From assembly GCA_009602735.1 (NCBI GenBank), contig WELA01002099.1, forward strand, positions 97,904 through 150,435: a stretch of DNA of 52,532 nt. Reading direction: 5' to 3'. Every line of letters starts with the position of its first letter. The stretch's first letter is position 1. Below are positions 1-11,669 of the stretch, piece after piece. The notes beneath the pieces were generated by a model that saw nothing but the letters and a program-made list of their open reading frames with translations, had not been told where the DNA came from and did not search any database. Both the position numbers and the translations under genes were made by a program. Source of the DNA: Mesotaenium endlicherianum (lineage: Eukaryota).

Positions 1-1365
1 GAGTCTCCTTGGCCTTCTCCAATATGATGACGCTTGGATGATATATTTCTCTCCCATAAACCATAGTGAATGGTGACTGTTTGGTTAATCCCTGCATGCA
101 GTTGTCGTATGCAAACGCCAACCCTGGCAGCTTCTTGTCCCACTCTGAGGGGTCTGCCATGATAAAACTTTTGAGCACCTCTTGCAAATTTCTATTGAGC
201 CCCTCACTCTGCCCGTCTGTTTGAGGATGATAGGAAGTGCTCATACTCAGCTTGACCCCCATTGAAGTAAACAACGACCGCCAAAAGTTGCTAGTAGACC
301 TCGGATCCTGATCTGAAAAATCATCTTCGGCAACATATGTAGCCTGAAGATATGATCAAAAAATAGTTGTGCCACATTTGCTGTCGTAGAAGTCACCTTC
401 ATGGGAATGAAAGGAGCCATCTTGCTGAGACTATCAGACACAACCCGTATTGCATCGTGCCCTCCACTACTGAAGGGTAAGGACGTGATGAAGTCCATAG
501 CAATCAGCTCTCAAGGATACTCTGGAATAGGCAGGGATTGCAAGGTACCTCCCTGCTTTTGATTTGGTGTCTTATTCCTCTGGCACGCATCGCAACTCCT
601 AATCCACTCTTCGATGTTTTTGTCCATATGTCTCCAATAGTACTCTCGCTTCAGCACGCCCGCCGTCTTCTCGCTTCCAAAGTGTCCAGCATACAGGCAA
701 TCATGATGCTTTGCAAGTAGTATGTTGCGTAGTTCCTTGATGAAACGTACCAACTATCTTTTGGAATCACCATCATACCATATGCGGTCCTTCTTCTGCA
801 TGCTTGAACTAGTCTCAGCTATTCCACCACTAGCTGACTCTAGGTCCTCCTCATAACCTTTCTTAAGCTTCTCCTTGAAGTCCATACTCTCCTTGATGAC
901 TGAGACAGCTGCAAGGTCACACCTCCTGGATAAAACATCTGCAGGTTTGATCCTCCCAGGTATTCAATCTTGTGGTCGAACCGTTGCAAAAACTTCATCC
1001 ACCTTGTTTATCTTGGTGTCAGCTTTGGCTGCGTCATAAACTTCTCCAAGCTCTTGTGGTCGGTCTTGATAAACACCATTCGACCGTCCACAAAGCATCG
1101 CCAAATCTTCAACGCTGGATAATAGCCAATATCTCCCGCTTATGTGCTGCATAGTTCTGCTCAGCAAGACTCAACTTTCTGCTCTCATATATCATAGGTT
1201 GCAATCCTTTACCTTGGTTCTAGAGAAGAATGGCTCCCACTGCTAAGTTTGATGCGTCCGTGATGATGGTGAATGGAATCTCTGGATTAGCAATCGCTAA
1301 CACAATTGCATGTGTTGATATCTCCTTGATCTTCTCGAAGGCTTGCTGCTCCTTGTTAAAAGGGG
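1..1365 (-). pseudogene. Decayed Ty3/Gypsy pol fragment (RNase H and integrase), a different family from G1-G3
   Basis: Minus-strand translation gives RNase H-like 'PFTIITDASNLAVGAIL' (~1230-1290), the integrase zinc finger 'HDCLYAGHFG...YYW...CDACQRNK' (ORF 511-753) and integrase core 'MDFITSLP...DSLSKMAPFIP' (ORF 247-498). Several frameshifts and stops; runs off the window start. Confidence 0.85.
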
Positions 1366-4300
1366 CAGAGTGCCCTAGTGGAAGCGTAGTGACTCACGAG
1401 GAACCAAACTAGACATTTCTAGAAAATACTCACTTCGGCGGGCTAATCCAAAATTTCTTGTTAAGTCAATCTAGTCGGCACTCCGCGTAAGCCAAAATTA
1501 CGTAAAGCTTCGAATTCACTCTAACGGCCCAAATCGCTCGACGTTGTCCGTCAATCAAACGGTCGCGCTCATCGCAAATTAAGGACAGTCGTCGACCGAC
1601 CCAAAAACTAAATAAACTTTAGACATCTATAACATTTTCAATACTTAACAAAATTTGACAAATTTTGTATCAAAATGACCACAAAATTGCACTCTTTAAC
1701 TCTATGAATTTCAAACATTTTTTTTAATAACTCAAATATGCACTTCATAAATCTATGACCTTACAGTGAGGAGTTAGTGGATTGAGTAGTAGAATACTCT
1801 AGAGTGTGATTGGGTGTGTGTGAGTGTGCTAGCTTGTCCAACAAGGCAAGGTCATCTACATAGAAGGAGCCATAGTAGAAGATTCTGGAGGTACTTTGCT
1901 AGAGAGGACACTTAAAGTTGAAGCATAAATAGGAAGCACAAAGTAGTAAAGGGAATCCGGTCTTGTCTAGCCTAGTCTAACCTTCCTATCTTGTACACGA
2001 CTTTTCTTAACGAAGTGAGTCTTTTTCCATTTGTCTCTCATGTAGCTCTCTTCTTGCAAGAGTGGCACACCACCAGGCCACTCCACCTTGTGTATGCAAC
2101 TATGAAAAGCCCTTGTGCACGCTTCCACTCGCGGGTGAGGGTGCATGAGTGTGTATAGGCGCACTCCCCGCACCCTTCCCTCTTTCACTCCCTTCCAAGA
2201 TCTGATCGTGGATTGACTCTACGAGAAGCGTTTCTACCCTTGCCCGCCTCCTTCTCATGCTGTCTTATGTGGCTCTGCTCCAAGTTGGCTGGCAGCTGGG
2301 ATTTGTACCTCAACCTGCGGTGTTGTCATGTGCGAAGAGGCATAAGCCCCTGTCAGTATGAGGCAATATGCAAAGCTTGTACTTATGCGTATTGAAGACA
2401 TGAAAGCAGCAAAAGAATTATCTCCTCAGTCTTCACGCTCTTTAAGAATATGATCTCCTTTCTATACGGTTGCACCACTTTGCAACTTACCGTCCAGCCT
2501 CTCATCTTCAGGCCACAACCTAGCGTGAGCATGCTGTATAGGACAGAGCGCTAGTTGGTAGCAGAGAAGAAGGGTTGATAAGCAAAGCGCCACAAATGAA
2601 TGGGGCCTACTAAGTCCCGCGATAACTCAGGCTCACGAAAGAATAGGGCGAGTGAGGGGTTATGGTTGGAACGGCTAGCTAGTAGTAAAGAAAGGGCCGA
2701 AGGATCCAGATAGGTCGTTGAGATCGGTTGTTGCAGGTGCAAAGCTTGACGTTACGACGAGAAAAAGGGAAACGGAGGATAAGATTTTGTTCAGTCATGT
2801 AATGCAAGCGCCGCAACATGAATTTTCTCAAGTTGGAAAAGCTTGAGCATGTCAAAGAAATATTTAAGACACAATGAAGAATGTTCTTTTCTTCAAAAAC
2901 CTATAATAAACATAAGCGCGACGTCGCTTGAATCGCCCGCATCTTAAGAACAGAGTAGCTCTCAAACGGAGCAGGTGAAAAGAATAACGCTTGAAACCAG
3001 ATTCAAGCGTCTCAAGCATGATAAATCCTCATTTGCCTCCGTCAAGCAACTTTACTCTCAAAATGCTTTCAAAAATTGCCGAAAAAATATAGAGTGAATG
3101 AGCATTTGTCATGCGCCGGCCTGGCCCAATAGAATTGTGCATTGATGTCAATGCAGTCTTGAACGATCTCAAACATGTCCAAACGACGTCACGTCCAACC
3201 ACAAAACTCCACTCGCACGTGCGAGGCCCTTACTGATTTCCCCCCTCACAAAGATTACGTGACGGTCGCCTACTGACGACCACAAGTAAGGCCCCTTACC
3301 ATCTAGTTCTTGTTCTTGTTCCGTTCTTGATTGTGGTCAGAATTTTGAGGGGGCCGACAAGTTCCCCTCAAGAACGCCCACGAACAATAACGACAAATTG
3401 AAAAACGAGCGGCATCGTGACCAAATCGACGTGAAGTACAAATTTTCAACAGCAAATCGACGACGACAAATTGACGATGACAACAACTCAAAATGTTCAT
3501 GACATAAATTGAAACGTCAAAGAATCGAAGGCGCCCATCGCCGTCAACAAATTAATTATCACGGAAGCACGGCGGGGCCAAGCAAGAAGAGGCCTCACGC
3601 CATGTTTGACAGTAAAAAGACAAGGCAGGCTTAACCCAACTCACCTTGGCCCACCTCGGCCGCTCCGCCCCCCCTTCTCGCCAGCGGCCATGGCTTGCGA
3701 GTCGTCAAACGTCTCTACACAAAATAAATACTAATGACAATTTTGATGCCACAATGAGAAATTATACTGCATCGGCTCGGCGCAGTCAAATTTTGCATCA
3801 ATTTTCATCCACAATTTTGAAGGTACTTGAACTCGTCGGAACGAACACGTCGGACGGGCTAGCGTTTGACAACAAAATCCGATGCGCACGAGCGAGTCCC
3901 TTATTGATTCCCCCCTCATAAAGGTTACGTGAGAGGCGCCTTATTGACGAACACAAAATAGGCGTCATTCTTTTTGTCTTTGGTACCCCTCAAATGTTTG
4001 TGAAGGGGGCGACAATCTCCCCTTACGGATGCCCCTAAATGATGACGACAAATCAAAACGTGCACGACACAAATCAAAACGTCGACAACATCAACGGCGC
4101 CCTTCGTCGTCGAAACAAATGATATATCACAAAGAGAAGGCGGGATCAAGCAAGAAGAGGCCCCCGCGCCATGTTCGACACTACAAAGACGACGGAGGGT
4201 CAGCACAACTCACCTTGGCCGGTACGCCCCCCCGCTCCCCTCCCGCCAGTGGCATGGCCCGTCTTTGTTTGCCCGGCGTCCCTGCACAAACACACAACAA

Positions 4301-5127
4301 AAGCAAATGACAATTCTGATGCCGCAACGAGCATTTATCACGCGCTGGCCCGGCACAATTGAAGTTTGCATCGACGTCAACGAAGGGTCTCAAAGGATCC
4401 CAAACACATCATAACGATGTCGCATCCGACCGCAAAGAATGACGCGCACGTGCGAGATCCCTATTGATTTCCCCCTCACAGAGTATACGTGAGGGGCGCC
4501 TTACTGAAGACCACAAATACATACTACATACTTGTTCTCGTTCTTGTTCTTAATTATGGTGGAATACTTTTGAGGGAGCTAACAAGTTCCGCTCACAAAT
4601 AATAACAATAAAATTTGAGAAGCGAGCGTCATCGTGATCGAAGCAACGCTAACGACAATTTATCAACAGCAGGATTGACGACGACAAATGTAAACGTTCA
4701 CGACAAAAATGAAACGTCGAGACAACTGGACGGCGCACGTTGCTCGTCGCCGTCCAAATAAGCAAACCATCACAAAAACAAAGAGGCGCGGCCAAGCAAG
4801 AAGGGCCTTGCGCCATGGCCAAGAATAGAAAAGACGAGGCAGGTGCGACACAACTCACCACGACCGGTCCGCCCCCTGCCTCCCGCCCGCGGCCATGGCT
4901 TGGCAGTCCCCAGTGCACAAACACAAAAACAAAAAGAATGTCAATTGAATGACAATTTCAACGACATCCAATCCACATATATAGTGCGCCGGCCCGGCGC
5001 AGGCAAATCCTCCTCCGTATTGAACGTTCTCGAACATGTCAAGGGCCTGACGCGCGTCCGACCACAAAATCCGGCGCATACTTGTGAGGCCCATACTGAT
5101 TTCCTCCTCACTAACGTTACGTGAGGG

Positions 5128-6440
5128 TGAAATAAATCTTGCTCAATCAAGATTATTATATTTCATTTAAATATATAAGATCAGAGATAGGTGGAAGCGT
5201 GTGAAATCAGGGAGCGATCTTCGCCCTCATAATGAATTCCATTTACTCATCTACACCCCTTGAATCATTTACCGTAGTGTGCCATAGTTGCACACTGACA
5301 CGAGGCACAAGTAAGAGGCGAGCTGGAGGACTTGAGCTTCTCCTTTAGAAACTCATGGCCTCTTACCTACCAGGCATGCAAGCATGTACAGCACATGCAC
5401 AACATCAGGGGACTGAATAGCAAAGGCGCTCTCATTCAGGTGACCATAATGTAGCTAAAACACATCCCAATGACTTAGGTGCAAAACCATGGAATTTGTC
5501 CGCTTTGTGACCCTGAAATGTCAGAGGGCATATCTCTGCCAATACTACTCCAAAGTGAAAAAACTTAACGGCAACAAATGCATCTTGACGAGACCTTTCC
5601 GAAAAGTCCTAGGTTGCTCCATTTGGAGCGCAGACGAAGCAGCCATGTCAATTTCCGTGAAGGCTGGTCATTAGAACGAACCCAAAAGTGCACATATGAC
5701 TTGCAAGTAGAAATCCGACAGTAAAGCCTACTGTCCAGAATGAGGGACCACGAGATCCCAGCCTGCTATGTACCTAGTGACCACCTGGTTGACCACGGCG
5801 CAAGGTGCGCCGTTTCGTGGGAAACCCGTTAAGTTGGGACCCACGGATCTAGGTATAACGACCATATTAATTGGTCGATTGACTGAAGTCCTTAGTGTTC
5901 AGTTGACTGACGACGGCTCCGCCTACCCAGGAGTTAACCACACTGGTAGGACATCGGTTTACCGAATCTCAGTCCACCTCTCGACTTTCAGTACACTTCG
6001 GTCACATGTGCCAATCTACAAATAACAATCTAAATGAATATGTCTATCCTCAGCGTACTGAAGCTAAGTATATTGACTAATATCAAACGAGCTTACCATA
6101 TGTCAACCTACTGATATCATATCCTGTGTATAATTGATATATAAATCTCAGCAAACTATACTATGATACAAAAGTCATCCTGCTGACCTTTTCAACAAAG
6201 TCAGCAAAATACACTATGATACAAAAGTCATCCTGCTGACTTTTTCAACAAAGTCAGCAAACTACACTACGGTACGAAAGTCATCCTGCTGACCTTTTTG
6301 ACAAAGTAAGTAAAGTCGCATTACATCGACATACATTCATTTAGATGATCTCGCACATGTGAGTATATAGACATAACACTTATTTAGTGTTATATTTATA
6401 TATGCAATTAATCAAATAAATAATAAGCTGATTCATTACA
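5128..6440. mobile_element. Solo LTR (1313 bp), family L
   Basis: Starts TGAAATAAATC and ends GATTCATTACA (TG...CA, imperfect terminal inverted repeat). Exact 5-bp TSD GAGGG at 5123-5127 and 6441-6445. The tandem unit resumes across it. Confidence 0.9.
6153..6312. repeat. Three copies of a ~53-54-bp tandem repeat inside the solo LTR
   Basis: 'ctatgatacaaaagtcatcctgctgaccttttcaacaaagtcagcaaa' repeated three times; also seen at ~22370-22450 in the second copy. Confidence 0.85.
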
Positions 6441-7452
6441 GAGGGGCACCTTATTGACGAACACAAAACAGGCCTTGTTCTTGCTCTCTCTTTTGGTACC
6501 CATTTTTAGATCGAGTAGAATCTTTGTGAGGGGGCCAACAATTTCCCCTCACGAACGCGTCCAAACGATGACGACAAATCAAAACGTGCAGGGCACAAAT
6601 TCAAACGTTGACGACATTGACGGTGCCTGCCGCCATCGAAACAAGCGAACTATCATAAAGACAAGGCGGGGGCCAAGCAAGAAGAGGCCCCCGCGCCATG
6701 TTGAACACTAAAAAGACGAGGGAGGGTCGACACAACTCACCTTGTCCGGTGCGCGGCGCGCCCCCCCGCTCCCCACCCGCCATTGGCCATGGCCCGTCAG
6801 TGGTCGTCATGTAGGTGTCCCTACACAAACACACCAAAATAAATCTATGACAATTCCAATGTCAGAACCAGCCTTCATCATGCGCCGGCCAGGCGCAGTC
6901 AAATTGTGCATCGACGTCAACGAAGGGTCTCGAAACATCCCGAACACATCGAAACGACGTCGCGTTTGACCACGTAAACCAACGCGCACGTGTGAAGGCC
7001 CTCACTGGTTTCCCCCTTACAAGAAGTACGTGAGGGGCGCCACACTAACAACCACAAATACACTTTCTTGTTCTCGTTCTTGTCCTCGTTCTTGTACTGG
7101 ACTCTAAATGCCTCAAGCGAGCACCATACGGCTATTGTATGAATCTGGAAATGTGAGAAGCGAGGTTTAGCTGCATTCTTCTCTAATGAAAGTTTTTGGC
7201 CAAAGATTACTCTAGTTGAAGATCATTTTCACGCGTCAAAGTTTGTTCAGGGTCTGCTCTGAAGCACTCTCAAGTTCTCTGCTTCAATCAAATTTGGAGC
7301 CTTGCTGCACGCCTTGGCACGCGTTTTTTAACTTCTTCGTCAATTATAGACTACTTTGGATGCATGTACCACTTGGACACTGTTGTCATGATGATCAAAG
7401 CAAAGGTGATCAATATGCAATTCTAAATTGGTGCTCAAAGCCGCTGAAAGCT

Positions 7453-8459
7453 TGTCATGACTCATTAGGTCGAGGCCGTTGCACCAAACCGAGCTACACG
7501 TGTGTGAACCGTCAACCTAGGAAGGCCGACTTTGACTTGACTTAACGCATCCATATGTTGACCTTTTCTAGATTTGCAAATTGCTGAAGTGTAGCGCGTT
7601 GGTTCACCTTCCAAATGGCACCGGTTTTGTGTCATTTGCTCAGGTATCGAGCAAGATACTAGCGATCTTGTTCGTGCCACCTATCGGCCCCTAGCTGAAT
7701 TCCACCAAGGGCCAAGTTGTGATTTTAATGTGCCCAAAGGTCACATTGTTGGCTATTCGTGACCCCAAGGACCCCTAGCTTTGTGCGCACAAACTCACAA
7801 GTTCCCTAGCACACGTATACCTTGCATTTTAATAGTAATTGTGCATCATTAAAGCTATAACTTGGTGACTGCAACACCTATCCCTAGAGGAAGCTTCCTC
7901 AAGCTTTAGATCTACTTTTGAGGCTTTATCTAGGTAGCATTGGTCTAGGTAAGCTCCGCCAATGAGAAGCATTTAGCATACTCTTGCATCTAGCTTTTGA
8001 TGGGATTAAGTAATTACTAGCCTATTAGAGAGCTAGCATAATAGGTACATGTGTATGTGTGCAAAGGTAGATCTTAGATGAAGACTACATGCATTGATTG
8101 CGCGTCTAACCCGCCAGGTTTGCAGGAGTATAAGCATTAGAGATGTTCCCAATGAGTCATCTTCTTAGAAGTCCCATTATGCCAATTATAAGTAACAGAG
8201 GTATCAGTAAAGCATACACTTTTATCTCTTGTGTATTCATGACCACTTAGTCTCTCTCTTGTGAAGAGCAAGCCCTCCTGGCTTCCAGTCACTTGAAGCA
8301 CTTAACAAGTGGTGAGCAAAGTCACACCTTAAACCCTGCCATATAACTACTCTTGAAGATCATGATGTCCTTCCAGTGATCTTTTGGGCCATACTTCATT
8401 AGTTGTATTCCTACCAATTTACAGTCTTGAGGTGCTCACTCTGGAGACTACACACTCCC
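7453..8459 (+). repeat. Repeat A1 of G3 (~1007 bp)
   Basis: Closely matches 27920-28925 over its whole length; more diverged homologues at 20911-21892 (-) and 40401-41402 (-). Confidence 0.9.
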
Positions 8460-8514
8460 TTACTTCTAAAACGATCTCTTTGCTTCGCTTACAAGTAATT
8501 AGAATCTTCAGCGT

Positions 8515-9503
8515 ATGCCTACTCGTAGTGGGCTCTCTTATCAGCCTAGCTACGAAGGGGTTAGTAGAAAAGACTCAAATTCAAATTTCAGTTCCATCAC
8601 TGAACCCGCCAAAGGGGACCAGCCAGTACCTACCTCTTCAGCCCGCAGTTGTCTCGGAGCCACCCTCCCAGAGGACTCATAACGATCCCTTGCACTCCAT
8701 GGCAAGAGATGAGGATACGAAGGTAGATAGGGCCTCCCTCTTCCGCTTCAACGGCAGACCAGGCACCTTTGATCTAGACGACACTATCTCTGAGTTTGAG
8801 GTTGACTTCAAGAACGCTAAGCTAAAAACGCCCGCACTCACTAAGCGCCAGGTGTTTGGCACGCTCATGAGTTACCTTCTTTACGAGGCTCGCGACACCT
8901 ACCAAGAGAAGGCAGCTAAGATCCTCACATAGAGCAGGTGACGGCGTGGCTATTCCTCTAGCTGACCCTGTTCAGGCCTTCTGGGACGTCCTCAGGCAGG
9001 AGTTCCAGTCTGCCACTGAAGAGAAGGTGTATGAGCTGCACCATTTCTTCCGTCGCAAGGACGAGACAATCCACATGATGTACCGGCGCTTGACTCACCT
9101 ACGACGCGACGTAGGCACTGTCACCGACCGGGAGGCCGCGGAGATCTTCTTGCAAGCTATTGAGCCGCGTCCGAGGGAGAGAGCCATTGCCCCCCTCATT
9201 GAACGCACCGGTGTCAACTACACGCTGGAGGACGCCTACAAAGCCGTAGAGCGCCAGAGCCTGGCTGCCGCACAGAGCAACATTAGCGATCATGTGGGCC
9301 TGGCATCCACTGCGTGCGTCAGGAGGTGTCAATACTGCCATTGTCAACAGCACGCGCTGTTCCTACCCACCAGCACCATTAGCAGCAACCACAACTACTG
9401 GCACAGACGCAGCAGCACAACGCTCCACGAGGTCGCATCTCTATGGCCGCCACTACAAGCGAGCCCTGCTGGTCGTGCGGGATGACGGGCCACACACGCC
9501 GCG
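8515..9503 (+). pseudogene. gag: gag of G3 (N-terminal part, frameshifted)
   Basis: ATG 8515 'MPTRSG' as in G1; 'DRASLFRFNGRPGTFDLDDT...YLLYEARD' and 'ADPVQAFWDVLRQEFQSATEEKVYELHHFFR' match G1 Gag. Broken between the two zinc knuckles by the family L LTR. Confidence 0.85.
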
Positions 9504-9861
9504 TATTCAAGATATATATATTTCATTTAAATGCATAAGATCAAAGATATGTGGAAGCGTGTGAAATCAGGGAGCGATCTCCGCCCTTTTAATGAATTCC
9601 GTTTACTCATCTACACCCCTCAACTCACTTACCAAAATATGCCATAGTTGCACACTAACACAAGGCACAAGTAAGAGACGAACTTGAGGACTAGAGCTTC
9701 TCTTAGAAGTTCATGGCCTCCTTCCTACCATGCATACAAGCATGTATAAGCACATACACAACACCAGAGGACTGAATAGCAAAGGCGCTCCCATTAATTG
9801 CTTAGTTGGCTGAAGTCCTAACTGTTCAATTGACTAACGACGGCTCCGCCTACCTAGGAGT

Positions 9862-9998
9862 TGTCGTGCGGTAAGAGGTCGGGTGCGTATCAACGACACA
9901 AGCAATGCATAATATGCAAGCAGGCTTTGCTGCAATGAAGTCTATAATACGTGTAGCTTTTATAGCCAAACGATAGTCAAGCGTCAAATGTTTTAATT
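9862..9998 (-). repeat. Repeat B of G1 (~137 bp)
   Basis: Reverse complement 'aattaaaacatttgac...gcctgcttgc...gcacgaca' is homologous to 30853-30990 (-), 28928-29060 (+) and 27850-27917 (+). Confidence 0.85.
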
Positions 9999-10011
9999 CC
10001 CCCCCCAGCTC
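9999..10011 (-). other. Polypurine-tract-like element (PPT)
   Basis: 'GAGCTGGGGGGGG' follows the integrase stop codon and directly precedes B. G2 has 'GAGCTCGAGGGAG' at the equivalent position. Confidence 0.65.
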
Positions 10012-11646
10012 TCAGCCACCAGCTGATGGGCTGTGATCGCTGTCTAGAGCTAAAGCAGTGCAGTCGCTACAAAACCAGTCGCCAGCTGGCACGCGAGCCA
10101 GCGGCGGGTCAAGGCAACTGATGTGGAAGCCGAGGTTGCAGCTGTTGCAGAGCAGCATGCAGGCCTCCTGGCCGGGGCTGTGGCAGATTTGGCACGTCCA
10201 GTCCTTGGGCGGCCTTGCGTCGCGGGGACGAACCTGCATGTCAAGGTTAGGAAGGTGGCATGGTCCACAATTCTTTGTGTGGTCCTTGTGAAGACGGCCA
10301 TCTGCGCCTTCCAACTCCAGAAGTCCTGACGCCAAGACACGCCTGACGCATAGGATGACGGGCGAGCTGCTGGTGTCGAGGGTGTTCTTCGTCTGGCGTC
10401 GCAGGTACACAAAGTCACCTGCGGAGAACTGCAACACTCGCGGACGATAGGCTCCTCCACGGGTCATGGCATACATCAGTGTGTCGCGGTGCTGAGCAAT
10501 GCTGAGGTTGTCTATGGCCATGGGCATCAGGCGTCGAAAGAGCTGTGCACGCTGCCCGATAAGAGCGCTCCACGTCTCGGGACTGTCCAAGTCCAAAACG
10601 TTCTCGACCACGGTCCTGGCTGCTGCGGGCAGGACTGGCTGTTGGCCGTAGAGAAGGAAGTAGGGAGAATGCGAGGCCAAGGAGGCCTGCTTACTGAACC
10701 TGTACCCCATAGCCAACCATGGGAGGGCGTCGTCCCAGTGGGTGCTGTCGTGGGCGAGGCAGTACTTCCGCAGCCCAAGCTTGACGGTCTGCACCATGCG
10801 CTCTGCGAGGCCGTCAGCCTGGGGATGGTCGCGGGAGGTGGTGAGGTGATCGATCATCGAGCGCTCTAGCAGCTTTTGAAAGCTGCCCTGGAACTCTTTG
10901 CCTTGGTCAGTGAGGACCTCAGCGCAGCCGCCAAAGCGGCTAAGGACTTGTTCGAGGAAAGCCTGAGCAATTCCCTCACTGGCCTTGCTGGGCAGCGGCA
11001 CAACCTCAATCCATTTAGACATGTGCTCAATCATTACCAAGACATAGAGGTTGCCTCGGCGAGACTTGGGCAGCTCCCCAGCCAAGTCAAGCGACCACGT
11101 GTAGAACAATCCCTGAATAGGGAGAGGGCTGAGAGCGACGGTGCGGATTGTGAAGCTCGAGCGCACCCGGTCGCAAAGTGTGCAGCTGCTGACGACGTCG
11201 GCGACAACCTTAGTCATGCCGTGCCACCAGTACTCAGCCTGGAGGAGGCTGAGAGTGCGCATAACACCAAAGTGTCCAAGCGTCTTGTGCACACGTCGCA
11301 CCAGCTGGCTGCGTATAGCGGGCTCAGGGACCACCAGGACAGAGCCGTCCGCCATCACTCGCCGCATGCGCCCCTCCATGAAGACGAAATCCCGGCTACG
11401 CTTGAGGACGCGGTCACGCTCGCGCGCACTAATGGCTGGGACCAACTTCTTGGCCGTGACGTACTGTAGCACCGGGGTGTCGTCCCACACGTCCTTGGGC
11501 CCGCGCTGCCAGCTGTCCTGCTCCTCAGCTGCTCCCAAGGCCAGTCGTTGAGTGGTGACAGTCACCATGTCTAGGCTAGTAAGCCCTGCGGGCCGCACGT
11601 CGCCGTCAACGATGAAGGCCAGGAATGCCGCCGCATGCCAGGCCAC
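10012..11646 (-). CDS. Gypsy-type DDE integrase with C-terminal PHD finger (part of pol)
   Basis: HHCC 'HKTLGHFG...CTLC'; DDE 'SLDLAG / LTDQGKEF / GLAERMVQT'; C4HC3 PHD 'CQIC...LLCNSCNLGFHISCLDPPLARVPAGDWFCSDC'. Confidence 0.95.
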   Translation of the reverse strand: MAWHAAAFLAFIVDGDVRPAGLTSLDMVTVTTQRLALGAAEEQDSWQRGPKDVWDDTPVLQYVTAKKLVPAISARERDRVLKRSRDFVFMEGRMRRVMADGSVLVVPEPAIRSQLVRRVHKTLGHFGVMRTLSLLQAEYWWHGMTKVVADVVSSCTLCDRVRSSFTIRTVALSPLPIQGLFYTWSLDLAGELPKSRRGNLYVLVMIEHMSKWIEVVPLPSKASEGIAQAFLEQVLSRFGGCAEVLTDQGKEFQGSFQKLLERSMIDHLTTSRDHPQADGLAERMVQTVKLGLRKYCLAHDSTHWDDALPWLAMGYRFSKQASLASHSPYFLLYGQQPVLPAAARTVVENVLDLDSPETWSALIGQRAQLFRRLMPMAIDNLSIAQHRDTLMYAMTRGGAYRPRVLQFSAGDFVYLRRQTKNTLDTSSSPVILCVRRVLASGLLELEGADGRLHKDHTKNCGPCHLPNLDMQVRPRDARPPKDWTCQICHSPGQEACMLLCNSCNLGFHISCLDPPLARVPAGDWFCSDCTALALDSDHSPSAGG

Positions 11647-11669
11647 TGGCTCAACCTCATCGTGGCGGG

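Larger units (their letters stand above)
3100..7090. repeat. Degenerate tandem array of ~560-670-bp units, interrupted by a solo LTR
   Basis: Anchor motif 'gattt/ccccctca...tacgtgaggggcgcc' recurs at ~3236, ~3906, ~4466, ~5098 and ~7008. 'ccaagcaagaagaggccc...caactcacc' recurs once per unit. Array boundaries are approximate. Confidence 0.85.

Noticed and set aside
1370..2400. Possible LTR or UTR of another element truncating the pol fragment
   Set aside because: No second copy, termini or TSD could be established in this window.
2556..2566. TGGTAGCAGAG, resembling an initiator-Met tRNA primer-binding site
   Set aside because: Not preceded by a CA-ending LTR and no gag follows; an 11-nt match alone is insufficient.
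6153..6312. CRISPR-like appearance of short repeats
   Set aside because: Head-to-tail repeats with no unique spacers, inside a eukaryotic LTR.
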